The translations under genes were made by a program, and so were the position numbers. The notes beneath the pieces are model-generated. The model did no database searches. It was not told where the DNA came from and saw only the letters and a list, made by a program, of their open reading frames with translations. Of a stretch of DNA of 64,000 bases, positions 47,553 through 57,807 are shown one piece after another. This DNA comes from an uncultured bacterium (GTDB lineage: Bacteria > Babelota > Babeliae > Babelales > Vermiphilaceae). The stretch's first letter is position 1. Each line of letters opens with the position of its first letter. The DNA is taken from assembly GCA_963713925.1 (NCBI GenBank), contig OY970212.1, forward strand, positions 64,001 through 128,000, in the 5' to 3' direction.

Positions 47553-49415
47553 ATGAAAAAAAACGTATTACTTCTTTGTTTTATATATATTTCCATAAAT
47601 TCGATCGATATCCAGAGAGAAAATCAACCGACAAATGAAGTGACTGTTTTGGTGGGAGACAAAGAAATCAAAGCGGATGTTGACGTGCTTAAAACGTCAG
47701 CAACAATCAAAAGCATGATCGAAGATTTTGGAAACGATTCTCCAATAGTTATTCTATATATTTCCGCTGATCTTTTTTCAGATCCCCTTTACCCCTTGAT
47801 GAAAATCGTTCATGAAAAACAGGCAAATCCAATTGCAATGAAAAAAGACATTCAAGACAAGTTGAAATCGTTAGATTTACGCAAAACAATCGAATTACTC
47901 AAAGCCGTCAACTGGCTTAACGTCGGACCACTGTTTCCTCTCGTGGTTGACCGATGCGGGCAACTTATGACTTCAGATGATTTCCTCGCTGATTTTGCGA
48001 GCAAAAAAAATTTTCTTCAATCGCTTGGGTTACCGCAAGAGCTGCTTGGCGAAATCAGTACAACTATGTTGCAAACGCCAGCCGTTGAAAAAGTGCTGCT
48101 TGACGCTTTAAATCGGCAACCGTTACATACTTTTCAACACAATGGCGCGGTTAATTCGGCCATCTTCTCTCCCGACGGCTCAAAGATTCTTACCGCTTCC
48201 AACGATTACACGGCAAAATTATGGGATACCGCCACCGGAAACCTACTCCATACCTTCCAACACAACGATTGGGTTTATTCGGCCATCTTCTCTCCCGATG
48301 GCTCAAAGGTTCTCACCGCTTCCAAGGATGACACGGCAAAACTGTGGGATGCCGCTACCGGAAATCTACTCCATACCTTCCAACACAACGATTGGGTTTA
48401 TTCGGCCATCTTCTCTCCCGATGGCTCAAAGGTTCTCACCGCTTCCAAGGATGACACGGCAAAACTGTGGGATGCCACTACCGGAAATCTACTCCATACC
48501 TTCCAACACAACGATTGGGTTTATTCGGCCATCTCCTCTCCCGATGGCTCAAAGGTTCTCACCACTTCCGACGATGATACGGCAAAACTGTGGGATGCCA
48601 CTACCGGAAATCTACTCCATACCTTCCAACACGAAGATCGGGTTTCTGCCGGCTTCTCTCGCGATGGCTCAAAGGTTCTCACCGCTTCCGACGATGATAC
48701 GGCAAAACTGTGGGATGCCACTACCGGAAATTTACTCCATACCTTCCAACACGAAGATTGGATTAAGTCGGCCATCTCCTCTCCCGATGGCTCAAAGGTT
48801 CTCACCGCTTCCAAGGATGACACTGCAAAACTATGGGATGCTACTACCGGAAATCTAATCCATACCTTCCAGCACAACGGGGCAGTCCGTTCAGCCCGCT
48901 TCTCTCTCGATGGCGGCTCAAAGGTTCTCACCACTTCCGACGATAACACGGCAAAACTGTGGGATGCCACTACCGGAAATCTAATCCATACCTTCCAACA
49001 CACCAGGCAGGTTAAGTCGGCCATCTTCTCTCCCGATGACTCAAAGGTTCTCACCGCTTCCAAGGATGACACTGCAAAACTATGGGATGCCACTACCGGA
49101 AATCTAATCCATACCTTCCAACACACCAGGCAGGTTAATTCGGCCCGCTTCTCTCCCGACAGTTCAAAAGTTCTCACTGTTTCCATGGATAACACGGCAA
49201 AACTATGGGATATATCAACACCGAAGTTACCTCTGGAGCTTCTCTTATTGCTATTAGTCGTTTCTCAGCAATCGAAATTGGCTGGCAAAATTGATTGGAT
49301 TTTAATAACCGATTTAGCGCAAAAAATATTCGAGGCTGCTCATGACGTAGATATTCGCACAAAGCAGTCGCTGCGAGCGTTTTTCGATCGGAACATACAT
49401 AAACCGAAATTATAG
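47553..49415 (+). CDS. secreted Skp1/BTB-like domain + WD40-repeat protein
   Basis: S.TIK.MIED.G.D.PI and LLKAVNWL.V..L resemble Skp1; nine WD40 repeats (H...V.SA.FSPDGSKVLTAS.D.TAKLWD). Confidence 0.85.
   Translation: MKKNVLLLCFIYISINSIDIQRENQPTNEVTVLVGDKEIKADVDVLKTSATIKSMIEDFGNDSPIVILYISADLFSDPLYPLMKIVHEKQANPIAMKKDIQDKLKSLDLRKTIELLKAVNWLNVGPLFPLVVDRCGQLMTSDDFLADFASKKNFLQSLGLPQELLGEISTTMLQTPAVEKVLLDALNRQPLHTFQHNGAVNSAIFSPDGSKILTASNDYTAKLWDTATGNLLHTFQHNDWVYSAIFSPDGSKVLTASKDDTAKLWDAATGNLLHTFQHNDWVYSAIFSPDGSKVLTASKDDTAKLWDATTGNLLHTFQHNDWVYSAISSPDGSKVLTTSDDDTAKLWDATTGNLLHTFQHEDRVSAGFSRDGSKVLTASDDDTAKLWDATTGNLLHTFQHEDWIKSAISSPDGSKVLTASKDDTAKLWDATTGNLIHTFQHNGAVRSARFSLDGGSKVLTTSDDNTAKLWDATTGNLIHTFQHTRQVKSAIFSPDDSKVLTASKDDTAKLWDATTGNLIHTFQHTRQVNSARFSPDSSKVLTVSMDNTAKLWDISTPKLPLELLLLLLVVSQQSKLAGKIDWILITDLAQKIFEAAHDVDIRTKQSLRAFFDRNIHKPKL
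48127..49211 (+). repeat. tandem ~123-bp WD40-coding repeats (9 units)
   Basis: Near-identical DNA units; units 2 and 3 differ by one residue. Confidence 0.95.
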
Positions 49416-49516
49416 GCACAAAAATTTATCCGTTATTTCACAAAACGATGAACCTGGGGTATTGATGGTCAAAACGTCAAAAATTTCCTGTTTTAATGAG
49501 TTAACCACAACCTCTT

Positions 49517-50497
49517 TCATTGTTTATTCTTTAAAGCCTGTTCGGCGGCAGCAAAATCAGTTGGTTTAGGACAAACTAATTCATATTCCGTTGAACCAAA
49601 CGCGAATGATATTGCATATGCGTGAAGCGCATGACGTTTGATGTAGGAAGATTTTTTTCCATAGGTTTGATCGCCAAGAAGCGGATGGCTAATCGCGGCC
49701 ATATGAACCCGAATTTGATGGGTTCTGCCGGTTACTGGTTTGAGCTCCACCAACGAGCAAGTCTCAAAATATTCCAATACTCTATAATGGGTGACCGCTT
49801 CCCTAATGGTTGACGATTTTTGCCGATCGGTTTGGGTGAATGTTGCCATCTTATGCCGCAGAATAGGATGTCTACCTATCGGAAAAGAAATAGTCCCCTC
49901 TCTTGGCGGGTGACCTTCGACTAAAGCGTGGTATGTTTTGTGGATCGTTCGGTCTTTAAAAAAAGCGGTAAATTGGGCATGCGCATAATTGGTTCGAGCG
50001 ATAATAATTATCCCCGAAGTGTCCTTATCTAAACGATGGACAATTCCCGGTCTATCGATAACGCCAATATGGGCTATTTCTGAGTGATTTTGACCAATCC
50101 AATCGATAAGGGTGGGTTCAGATTCAACCTTTACCAAGCTTTCTCCTGTTGATTCGGGGGGATGGACCATAAGCCCGGCCGGTTTGTTAAGCACCAAAAA
50201 ATCATCGTGGGAATAAATGATTTCAACCGGAAGCGTTATTTTACCGGGAGTAGCTGTTTTTTGGGCAATTTCAGGCCCTTTTAATCGAATTTCATCATTC
50301 ACTCGTAAGGTATAGCTCGGTTTTACCGGTCGCGTATTGACGGTAATATACCCCTGAGTGATAAGATCTTGAATAAAGGTTCGTGAATACCCGGTAAATT
50401 GGGCTGCAATGTACTTATCAAGCCGCTCTGATGCCGTATCAAGCGTTATTGTAAAGACATAGATATGTCCAGGGACGATTTTGTTGCGAGACTCCAT
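49517..50497 (-). CDS. rluD: RluA/RluD family pseudouridine synthase
   Basis: S4 domain RLDKY, NKPAGLMVHP, GIVHRLDKDTSG, TGRTHQIRVH, ALHA. Confidence 0.9.
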   Translation of the reverse strand: MESRNKIVPGHIYVFTITLDTASERLDKYIAAQFTGYSRTFIQDLITQGYITVNTRPVKPSYTLRVNDEIRLKGPEIAQKTATPGKITLPVEIIYSHDDFLVLNKPAGLMVHPPESTGESLVKVESEPTLIDWIGQNHSEIAHIGVIDRPGIVHRLDKDTSGIIIIARTNYAHAQFTAFFKDRTIHKTYHALVEGHPPREGTISFPIGRHPILRHKMATFTQTDRQKSSTIREAVTHYRVLEYFETCSLVELKPVTGRTHQIRVHMAAISHPLLGDQTYGKKSSYIKRHALHAYAISFAFGSTEYELVCPKPTDFAAAEQALKNKQ

Positions 50498-50724
50498 TTT
50501 ATATCCCGTTTTAAAAAACTATCATTAAATTCATATTAAGAACAAATGACCTCCTTGTCAAAAACAACGTTTTCTAAAAGACACAAATTTACATCACAGA
50601 GGCGATATTTTCCTATAAATTACAACAGAGAATAGACAACACTAATTGAATATTTTAACCTGTCAAATGAATGGTATATAAAAATTCTTGAATTCAGGTG
50701 GTAACGAATTCATTCCATCACACT

Positions 50725-50794
50725 GGGTCCCAAACAGCCTGTCACGTCGTAGCCAACGCGGCGAAGGCGGAGAGTATCGCGTAGTTTGGGTAAA
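50725..50794 (+). repeat. composite palindromic repeat upstream of mgtE
   Basis: GGGTCCCAAAC[AGCCTGTCACGTCGTAGCCAACGCGGCGAAGGCGGA]...GTTTGGGTAAAA. Confidence 0.8.
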
Positions 50795-50809
50795 ACAAAG
50801 GATACATGT

Positions 50810-52165
50810 ATGGAAGATAAAAATATTATTCAAGAAGTTCGGGATAATATTCAGGCTGTACTACAAGAGGATCATACCCTTGGAACTGCACTTTGGTCTG
50901 AATTTATAAAATTACACCCGGCAGATATTGCTCGTTTTTTTTCCGATATAGACCGAAACACATTCCGACAACTGTATCCACGCCTCCCCAAAGAAGTTAA
51001 AATTGAGGTATTCCAAGAATTTTCTGACGTAATGAAAGTAGATAGCCTTTCTTACATGAGTGAACATGAACAAGCTGAAGCACTCAACGGTCTTCACGCT
51101 GATGAACTCACCGACTTATTTGATCTCTTTTCAGATCAAGAGTTAAAAGAAAACCTTAACTTGCTCCATAAAAAAGCTCGTCAACAAGTTCTTTCTTTAA
51201 TGAAATTCCATCCTGAATCAGCCGGTGGAATTATGGAAACTGAAGTCCTCACTCTCATGGATGACTTCACTGTTGAGAAAAGCATCAAACTTTTACAACG
51301 ACTTCAACTGAGTAAAGACATTTATCAACAAATTTATGTTACCGACAAAGGGCATCGACTCGTTGGTTACATCCTTCTCGAAGATTTAGTTTTACATCGT
51401 CCACACATACGCATCAACGCACTCATGAAAGAGGTTGAATTTGTTGCCCGCGCCGATCAAGATCGTGAGCAAATTGCCAGCAAAATGATCCACTACGACT
51501 TGATGACCATACCGGTTGTAAGTGAAGATAATCACTTTTTGGGTGTTATCCCAAGCAGCACCTTGGTGCATATCCTTGTCGAAGAAGCAACAGAAGACGT
51601 ACAAAAAATGTCCGCCCTTGCCCCTTTGAAATACGCCTATTTTGAAACACCGTTTTTCCGACTTCTCTGGGAGCGCAGTTACATTTTAGTTTCGCTTCTT
51701 ATAACACAATCATTTGCAGCAATCATCATGGGTTCATTTCAAGCCACAATGACCGGATCTCTTCTTTTTTTTACGACAATGCTTGTAGGTGCGGGCGGAA
51801 ACTCAAGTTCGCAAACATCTGCTGTTGTTATACAGGGGCTTGTGACGGGAGAAATTAGAACTACTAACATATTCCGATTTCTCAAACGTGAATTTTTAAT
51901 GGCGGGAATGCTTGCTTTTATCTTATCAATTTTTGGTTTTCTAAGAGCCTATTTTACCACTTACACATTCAGCCTGAGTGTTGCAATAAGCACTGCTTTA
52001 TTTTTTATAGTCTTTTTTGCAGTGAGTTTAGGAAGTGTTATTCCATTACTCCTCAAAAGACTTAACATTGACCCTGCGTTCTCAGCAGGACCATTTTTGG
52101 CAACATTGATGGATATTTTAGGGACGCTTATTTATTGTTACGTGTGCCAACTTATTTTGGGATAA
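50810..52165 (+). CDS. mgtE: magnesium transporter MgtE
   Basis: HPADIA, SAGGIM plus CBS pair, GAGGNSSSQ, IDPA...PF.ATLMD. Confidence 0.93.
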   Translation: MEDKNIIQEVRDNIQAVLQEDHTLGTALWSEFIKLHPADIARFFSDIDRNTFRQLYPRLPKEVKIEVFQEFSDVMKVDSLSYMSEHEQAEALNGLHADELTDLFDLFSDQELKENLNLLHKKARQQVLSLMKFHPESAGGIMETEVLTLMDDFTVEKSIKLLQRLQLSKDIYQQIYVTDKGHRLVGYILLEDLVLHRPHIRINALMKEVEFVARADQDREQIASKMIHYDLMTIPVVSEDNHFLGVIPSSTLVHILVEEATEDVQKMSALAPLKYAYFETPFFRLLWERSYILVSLLITQSFAAIIMGSFQATMTGSLLFFTTMLVGAGGNSSSQTSAVVIQGLVTGEIRTTNIFRFLKREFLMAGMLAFILSIFGFLRAYFTTYTFSLSVAISTALFFIVFFAVSLGSVIPLLLKRLNIDPAFSAGPFLATLMDILGTLIYCYVCQLILG

Positions 52166-52194
52166 TATTTAAATAAAAAAGGAATTGAGAGTTC

Positions 52195-53055
52195 ATGCAT
52201 TACTTCGCAATTTTTTTTGTGATACTACTATGCATGATACACTCAAGCAGTGGAGCACACACAGATCAAACTCCTGTAAAAGAAGGCAATTTTGCGCTTT
52301 CATCATCGCAACAACCTGGCCCTCTTTTTGGATTTGGCCAGAATATTGTCGACAAAAAAAATCTTCAGGCGTATGTATATGCTGACTACATACGCCTGAA
52401 GGGTCAAAATAACTCAAACATTTTACCCGGATTATTATATGGAATTAGAGATAATCTTTCTCTCTTTTTTAACATTCCTATGACAATCACATCCGACAAG
52501 ACCAGAAGATCAACAAGTTCGGGCCTTTCACTCCAACTGGAATATGCTTATTTTTCCAGAACAACGGATCATTCGGCACTACAAGCAACAATATTGGCCG
52601 CTCTCTCTGGACCAAACGGGTCAATGATAAAACAAGCCATCACAAACAGAGAAAGCTCAACCTTTTTCCTTGGAGCAACCATTAATTGTATGTCGATTGA
52701 CTGGTATTTGTATGGCTCACTGGGAAATCTTTTTGCAATAAAAACAAACAGGACAAAACAAGGAGATAACTTTCTCTATCAGCTGGGAATTGGCAGAAAT
52801 ATTCATCATTCCCAAAAACACACATATCTTTTTTTAGTAGAGTTTTTAGGCTCCACATTCAAGCGCGATAAGACAAATGGCATACGCGACTCAAATAGTG
52901 GAGGCAACCTTATTTTTATAGCGCCATCATTCTGGTTTTCATCTGAACGATTCTTGCTACAAATAGGATTCTCTGCGCCTATTTTGCAAAAATTGAATGG
53001 AAATCAAAATCCTTTTCGCTATCAACTAGCGATTGACTTGGGATGGAAACTGTAG
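52195..53055 (+). CDS. putative outer-membrane beta-barrel protein
   Basis: Signal peptide, alternating amphipathic strands, terminal DLGWKL. Confidence 0.55.
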   Translation: MHYFAIFFVILLCMIHSSSGAHTDQTPVKEGNFALSSSQQPGPLFGFGQNIVDKKNLQAYVYADYIRLKGQNNSNILPGLLYGIRDNLSLFFNIPMTITSDKTRRSTSSGLSLQLEYAYFSRTTDHSALQATILAALSGPNGSMIKQAITNRESSTFFLGATINCMSIDWYLYGSLGNLFAIKTNRTKQGDNFLYQLGIGRNIHHSQKHTYLFLVEFLGSTFKRDKTNGIRDSNSGGNLIFIAPSFWFSSERFLLQIGFSAPILQKLNGNQNPFRYQLAIDLGWKL

Positions 53056-53063
53056 GGAAATAT

Positions 53064-55157
53064 TTATCTCGATTCAGCGGGAACTAAGATAAATGCTTCA
53101 ACGCGATCTTCGGGTTCCCATGCGGTGAAGTTTTCCACAACAAATCCGCACTCAAACCCAGAGTGAACCTCTTTGACTGATTTTTTATCTCGCTGCAAGC
53201 TGGTGAGTTTTCCTTCACCAATCTTGTTTTTTCCGCGCCAGATTGAGACAACGGCATCTCTGGAAATAATTCCATCGCGAACATAACAACCGGCAATGAC
53301 TCCGATATTTTTGATATCAAACACCTTGCGCACAACTACTTCGCCAATCTTCTTTTTGACCATTTTTATTTCTTTGGCGCTCTCAGCAATTTTTTCAAGG
53401 CTTTCAAGAAGTTTATATATCACATCATATGTGTTAATACCTACTCCAAGACGCTGCGCAAGAATCATAGCATTTGATTCAACTTTAATATGCAACGCAA
53501 AGATTTCAGAATTAGTATCAGCCGCAAGAACCACATCGCCTTCTGTGATGTGTCCGATACCGGAAGAAACGATGTTAAATCCTTTTTCCGCTTTCAAAGA
53601 AAGTTTATTTATGGATTCGACTAAAGCTTCTTTTGATGAGTTTGTATCGGTTTTTACGATAATATTTTTTGAACCTTCACTAAAGAGCTTTTTGCCTATA
53701 GCAACAGGTCGTTTTGAGGCGTCGGAAACACGTGATTTTTGTTGATCTTTTGCGACAACTTCAAAAAAATCTCCGGCTTCAGGCAGCACATCAAACCCGG
53801 CTATTTGCACCGGTATTGATGGCCCCACATACATTAAGCGCTTACCAAAAGAATCCACAATTGAATTCACGCGACCAGAAACCGAACCGCAGACAAAATA
53901 ATCACCGATTTTTAATTTACCACTTTGTAAAAGCAATGTAGCAACAGAACCGCGGCCCTTTTCGATTCGAGACTCTAACACATATCCCTGAGCCGGACCT
54001 TGTGCATCAGCTTTCAATTCCATGAGCTGGGATTGTAACACCAACATTTCAAGCAGGTGATCAACGCCGGTTCCAAGCTTTGCGGAAATAGGAACATACA
54101 TCACATCGCCGCCCCACTCTTCAGGCAATAGTTCATATTGAGCAAGATCGCGTTTGACAATATCAATGCGAGACGGATCAACTTTGTCTATTTTGTTAAC
54201 TGCCACAACGATAGGAATACCAATTTCTTTAATTCGTTTAAGCGATTCAACCGTTTGTGGCATAACACTGTCATCAGCCGCAACGACTAAGACAGCTATA
54301 TCGGCAACCTTTATTCCGCGTGAACGCATTTTTGAAAATGCTTCATGGCCAGGTGTATCAAGGAAAATGATATTTCCATGCTTTGTTTGCGCTTCATAAG
54401 CACCAAGGTGCTGTGTAATGCCACCTTTTTCGCGCGAAGCAACACGAGTATTTCGAATAAAATCAAGCAACGTTGTTTTTCCGTGGTCAACGTGACCAAC
54501 AACCACAACAACTGGCAATCGGGATGTGAAGTCTTGTCCGGATTGAGCAGCTTTTTTGATTTCTTCTTTTTTTGCAACAGGTTTTTGTGTTTGCAGATGA
54601 AAATGCTCAGCCAAACGCGATACTGTTTCGACCGGCAATACCTGGTTTTTTGTCGCGACAATACCCCATTTGAGGAGCAATAAAATAACCTCGCCCACCG
54701 GTTTGCCGACTGCAGCAGAAAGATCTGCCAACAAAGTCGGTTCAAGCAATATTGGCTCTAGGGCCGCCGATTGAGCGGGATTTGTTTTTTTGGAGACAGG
54801 GTGCTGTGATTGGACAGGAGCAACAACTTGAGGTGCGGGTTTATCTTTTTTTTCGCGTTCCAATTCTTTAATGGGTGTTTCTTTAATAGGAGTAATTGGC
54901 GCTTGTGGCGCTATGGGCTGTTTTTGCATTTCTTTCTTTGGGGCACTTTCTGCAATATTATCAGTCTTCGATTTTTCAACCGGAGCCTGATTTTTTGGCT
55001 CTATGGTAGGTTTTTTTAACGCTTTATCAAGAAATTCAACAGCCTCTTGAGGTAACACCGCCATGTGGCTTGCTAACTCAAAACCCTTTTTTTTGAGCAT
55101 TTCTAAAAGCTCTTTGTTTGGAACGCCACTCTGCTTTGAATATTCATAAACACGCAT
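53064..55157 (-). CDS. infB: translation initiation factor IF-2
   Basis: MRVYE N-domain, [35 protein letters not shown]. Confidence 0.98.
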   Translation of the reverse strand: MRVYEYSKQSGVPNKELLEMLKKKGFELASHMAVLPQEAVEFLDKALKKPTIEPKNQAPVEKSKTDNIAESAPKKEMQKQPIAPQAPITPIKETPIKELEREKKDKPAPQVVAPVQSQHPVSKKTNPAQSAALEPILLEPTLLADLSAAVGKPVGEVILLLLKWGIVATKNQVLPVETVSRLAEHFHLQTQKPVAKKEEIKKAAQSGQDFTSRLPVVVVVGHVDHGKTTLLDFIRNTRVASREKGGITQHLGAYEAQTKHGNIIFLDTPGHEAFSKMRSRGIKVADIAVLVVAADDSVMPQTVESLKRIKEIGIPIVVAVNKIDKVDPSRIDIVKRDLAQYELLPEEWGGDVMYVPISAKLGTGVDHLLEMLVLQSQLMELKADAQGPAQGYVLESRIEKGRGSVATLLLQSGKLKIGDYFVCGSVSGRVNSIVDSFGKRLMYVGPSIPVQIAGFDVLPEAGDFFEVVAKDQQKSRVSDASKRPVAIGKKLFSEGSKNIIVKTDTNSSKEALVESINKLSLKAEKGFNIVSSGIGHITEGDVVLAADTNSEIFALHIKVESNAMILAQRLGVGINTYDVIYKLLESLEKIAESAKEIKMVKKKIGEVVVRKVFDIKNIGVIAGCYVRDGIISRDAVVSIWRGKNKIGEGKLTSLQRDKKSVKEVHSGFECGFVVENFTAWEPEDRVEAFILVPAESR

Positions 55158-55195
55158 TAAACATTTATCCAATCTCTAAAAATTATCCGGCAAAC

Positions 55196-56260
55196 TTAAT
55201 CAAGCTCTTCTTGATCTTCATAGTCTTGATCAGTAGCCTTATCCTTCTTTTCTATGGACTCCAAGTGAATATTAATATCCACCAATTTTGAAGCCAACGC
55301 AATATTTTGCCCCATTTTTCCAATAGCCAGCGATCGCTGGTCTTCGGCTATATAAACGCGAGCATTCTCTGCGTCAACTATCTCTACTCGCGCAATTTCA
55401 GCCGGCTTTAAGGCATTCTTTATCAATTCTTCTTTTGAATCGGTAAACGCAATAATATCTATGCGCTCGCCGCCAATTTCTTTCAAAATAGGTTTAATTC
55501 GAGCTCCACCGACACCAACACAGGTTCCAACAGGATCTATGTTTTTATCATGAGAGGCAACAAGAACCTTCGATTTGTAGCCCGGCGTTCTTACGATTTT
55601 TTTAATTTCAACCAAACGCTCAAAGACTTCAGGAATCTCAAGCTCAAACAATTTTTGTAAAAATACGTCGGAAGCTCTATCAAGAATGAGTTGATTGTCG
55701 TTGCGCGGCTCAGGAAGAACCTCTTTCAATAGGGTTCTAATAGAATAGCCGACATAGCAATTTTCAGTAGGGATCATGAGAGATTTTGGCAAAAAGGCAA
55801 GCGTGTCTTGTAGCTTGACCACAGCACCCGAGCGCTCGCATTTGTGAATTACGCCATGCACAATCGTGCCTTCTTTTTCCTTGAACTCTTCATAGACAGC
55901 AAGCGCTTCAATTGAGCGTATCTTTTGAGCAATAATTTGGCGGGCGCGAAGAATTTCTATGCGGCCAATAGGAAGCTCAAAGGGAACCGATATCTCTTGG
56001 TCAATTTCAGCTTTGGGATTAAAGGTCTTTGCTTTTCTGAGAGATATCTCAAGCTCATCATCTTCAGGAGTCGAGACAACACGTTTTGTTATCGACACTC
56101 TGACTTCATCACTTTTTTTATCGTGATCAACGCTTATAGGTAGTTCAGGGTATTTTTTGGTGTATGCCGCCAAAATCCCCTCACAAACGATTGAGCTCAA
56201 AACAGACTTGTCCAGCCCACGCTCCTCTACCAATTCGTCTATAACATCAGAAAGTTTCAC
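55196..56260 (-). CDS. nusA: transcription termination/antitermination factor NusA
   Basis: S1 and KH domains; LFELEIPE, DPVGTCVG..GARI, SLAIGK.GQN; GTG start after GAGGA. Confidence 0.96.
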   Translation of the reverse strand: MKLSDVIDELVEERGLDKSVLSSIVCEGILAAYTKKYPELPISVDHDKKSDEVRVSITKRVVSTPEDDELEISLRKAKTFNPKAEIDQEISVPFELPIGRIEILRARQIIAQKIRSIEALAVYEEFKEKEGTIVHGVIHKCERSGAVVKLQDTLAFLPKSLMIPTENCYVGYSIRTLLKEVLPEPRNDNQLILDRASDVFLQKLFELEIPEVFERLVEIKKIVRTPGYKSKVLVASHDKNIDPVGTCVGVGGARIKPILKEIGGERIDIIAFTDSKEELIKNALKPAEIARVEIVDAENARVYIAEDQRSLAIGKMGQNIALASKLVDINIHLESIEKKDKATDQDYEDQEELD

Positions 56261-56369
56261 TTGAACGCATCCTCTAGATAGCTACACCCGAGACTAAAAT
56301 CGGTGTAGTGAATATTAAACTTGAAATGTGAAGGTAAGATTGTAATCTCAGACTTATTTACCCACGACC

Positions 56370-56481
56370 TTACCCAAACTTTCCACCTTCGCCACATTGG
56401 CTACGGCCATGCCCGCCGAAGCTTGCCGAGTCTGATGACCCGGATAAGCGCAGACTGGGCGTGACGGGCTATTTGGGACCC
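56370..56481 (-). repeat. triply nested composite palindromic repeat upstream of nusA
   Basis: The reverse complement equals the 50725 element with an extra ~52-bp palindrome inserted; the interior is homologous to the polA insertion. Confidence 0.8.
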
Positions 56482-56691
56482 ACTTTCACAAACTTGACTG
56501 TCGCCTTCAGGGAAATCGTCGAAGAAGCCACTAGTCTTTTGTAGGGCATCTGGGCACTCAAAAGTGCCGTGCGACAATCAAGGGTATTGTGCTTGGGGTT
56601 TACTCATTAGTCATATTGTAGACAAAACTTTCTTATCTTTCAAGGACCAGGGGTCAAAATGTCTCAGTTTGGCTTGCTTTGTTAGGCTTAG

Positions 56692-57024
56692 GGGTGAGCC
56701 CACTATTAATATTTATATATATATATTTATTATATTAATAATAACGGGTGAGCCGTTTTTTGGTGGATAACTCATCCAAAAATTTAAAAAACATCGATTT
56801 CATAAGGGTTTTTTGAGTTGGCAAGTGGTGGATAACTTGGTGGATAACTTGGTGGATAAAATGTGGATAACTTTTTTACATGTTCGATCTGACGATTGAA
56901 TCGGTGTTTTGTTGCGCTCGCTTATTGAATGTTGTTATCAAATCGATATATACAGCGCTTAAAACTTTCTCAATTTTTGAGTTATCCACCACTTATCCAC
57001 CACTTATCCACCAAGTTATCCACC
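56692..57024. other. probable chromosomal replication origin (oriC)
   Basis: Nine DnaA-box-like 9-mers (rc at 56762, 56827, 56839, 56851, 56862; forward at 56982, 56993, 57004, 57016) and a 41-bp pure A/T tract at 56704-56744, in a ~930-bp intergenic gap. Confidence 0.8.
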
Positions 57025-57189
57025 AGACAGGTAGGGCGAGTTTTGAAAATAAATTTTCATTTTTGTTTCTAATTTGATTTGTTTCTTTGGTGTTGACACA
57101 TTTCAATTTTTTCTGAGTATGATAAGGCGGTATGAGTAATGATTGGGTGTGCGTTAAAAAACAATAAAACTTATTTTTAAGGAAAAAAT

Positions 57190-57804
57190 ATGAAAAAATT
57201 GGTTATGGAATTTTTAGGGACATTCTTTTTCTTGCTCGCTATTTCTTCCGGGGGCTCTCCTTTTGCAGTTGGCGCGATGCTTGCGATTTGGGTATACATA
57301 GGGGCTTATATTTCCGGCGCAAATTACAATCCAATGGTGTCATTAGCTCTCTTTTTGCGCGGACGCCTCTCATCGCGTGAAATGTTTGCTTATTGGGTTG
57401 CTCAAGTGGCCGGAGGTATTGCAGCTTATTTTGTTCCTCACTTTGTTGGCTTGGGCGGAGTTTCGCATTTTCCTTCTATTCCATTGCTCAGTGCGGGACT
57501 TGTTGAAATCGGACTTGCATTTGTACTTGCGTTAATCATTTTAGTTGCTGCAACCTCACGCGCAGCTCATTTGGGTCACATTGCTGGTTTTGCAATCGGA
57601 TTTACTATCCCTGCAATTGCTGCAATTGGTGGCGGCATCACGGGAGCTTTGGCAAACCCAGCCATAGCAATCAGTTCTCATGTTGTTGCAGCCGTGGTGG
57701 GCGGTCCATTCAATTTTGTTGTTATGTTGACCTATGTTGTCTCGGCCTTGGTTGGCGGCGCATTGGCTGCATATGCATATCGCTATTTTTATGGCATTGA
57801 ATAA
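57190..57804 (+). CDS. MIP/aquaporin family channel
   Basis: EFLGTF, ISGANYNPMVS, GALANPA; six TM segments; AAGGA RBS. Confidence 0.88.
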   Translation: MKKLVMEFLGTFFFLLAISSGGSPFAVGAMLAIWVYIGAYISGANYNPMVSLALFLRGRLSSREMFAYWVAQVAGGIAAYFVPHFVGLGGVSHFPSIPLLSAGLVEIGLAFVLALIILVAATSRAAHLGHIAGFAIGFTIPAIAAIGGGITGALANPAIAISSHVVAAVVGGPFNFVVMLTYVVSALVGGALAAYAYRYFYGIE

Positions 57805-57807
57805 CAA

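Noticed and set aside
48142..49195. Long alternative-frame and antisense repetitive ORFs
   Set aside because: Shadows of the tandem WD40 coding repeats
50121..50155. Short insertion in RluD (ESTGESLVKVES) as another degenerate coding repeat
   Set aside because: Resemblance to the repeat consensus (AAGCTTGGTAAAGG) is too weak to support by eye
56827..57024. Tandem 11-12-bp repeats as CRISPR or plasmid iterons
   Set aside because: The units are DnaA-box-like 9-mers with 2-3-bp gaps in a chromosomal context with no rep or cas gene
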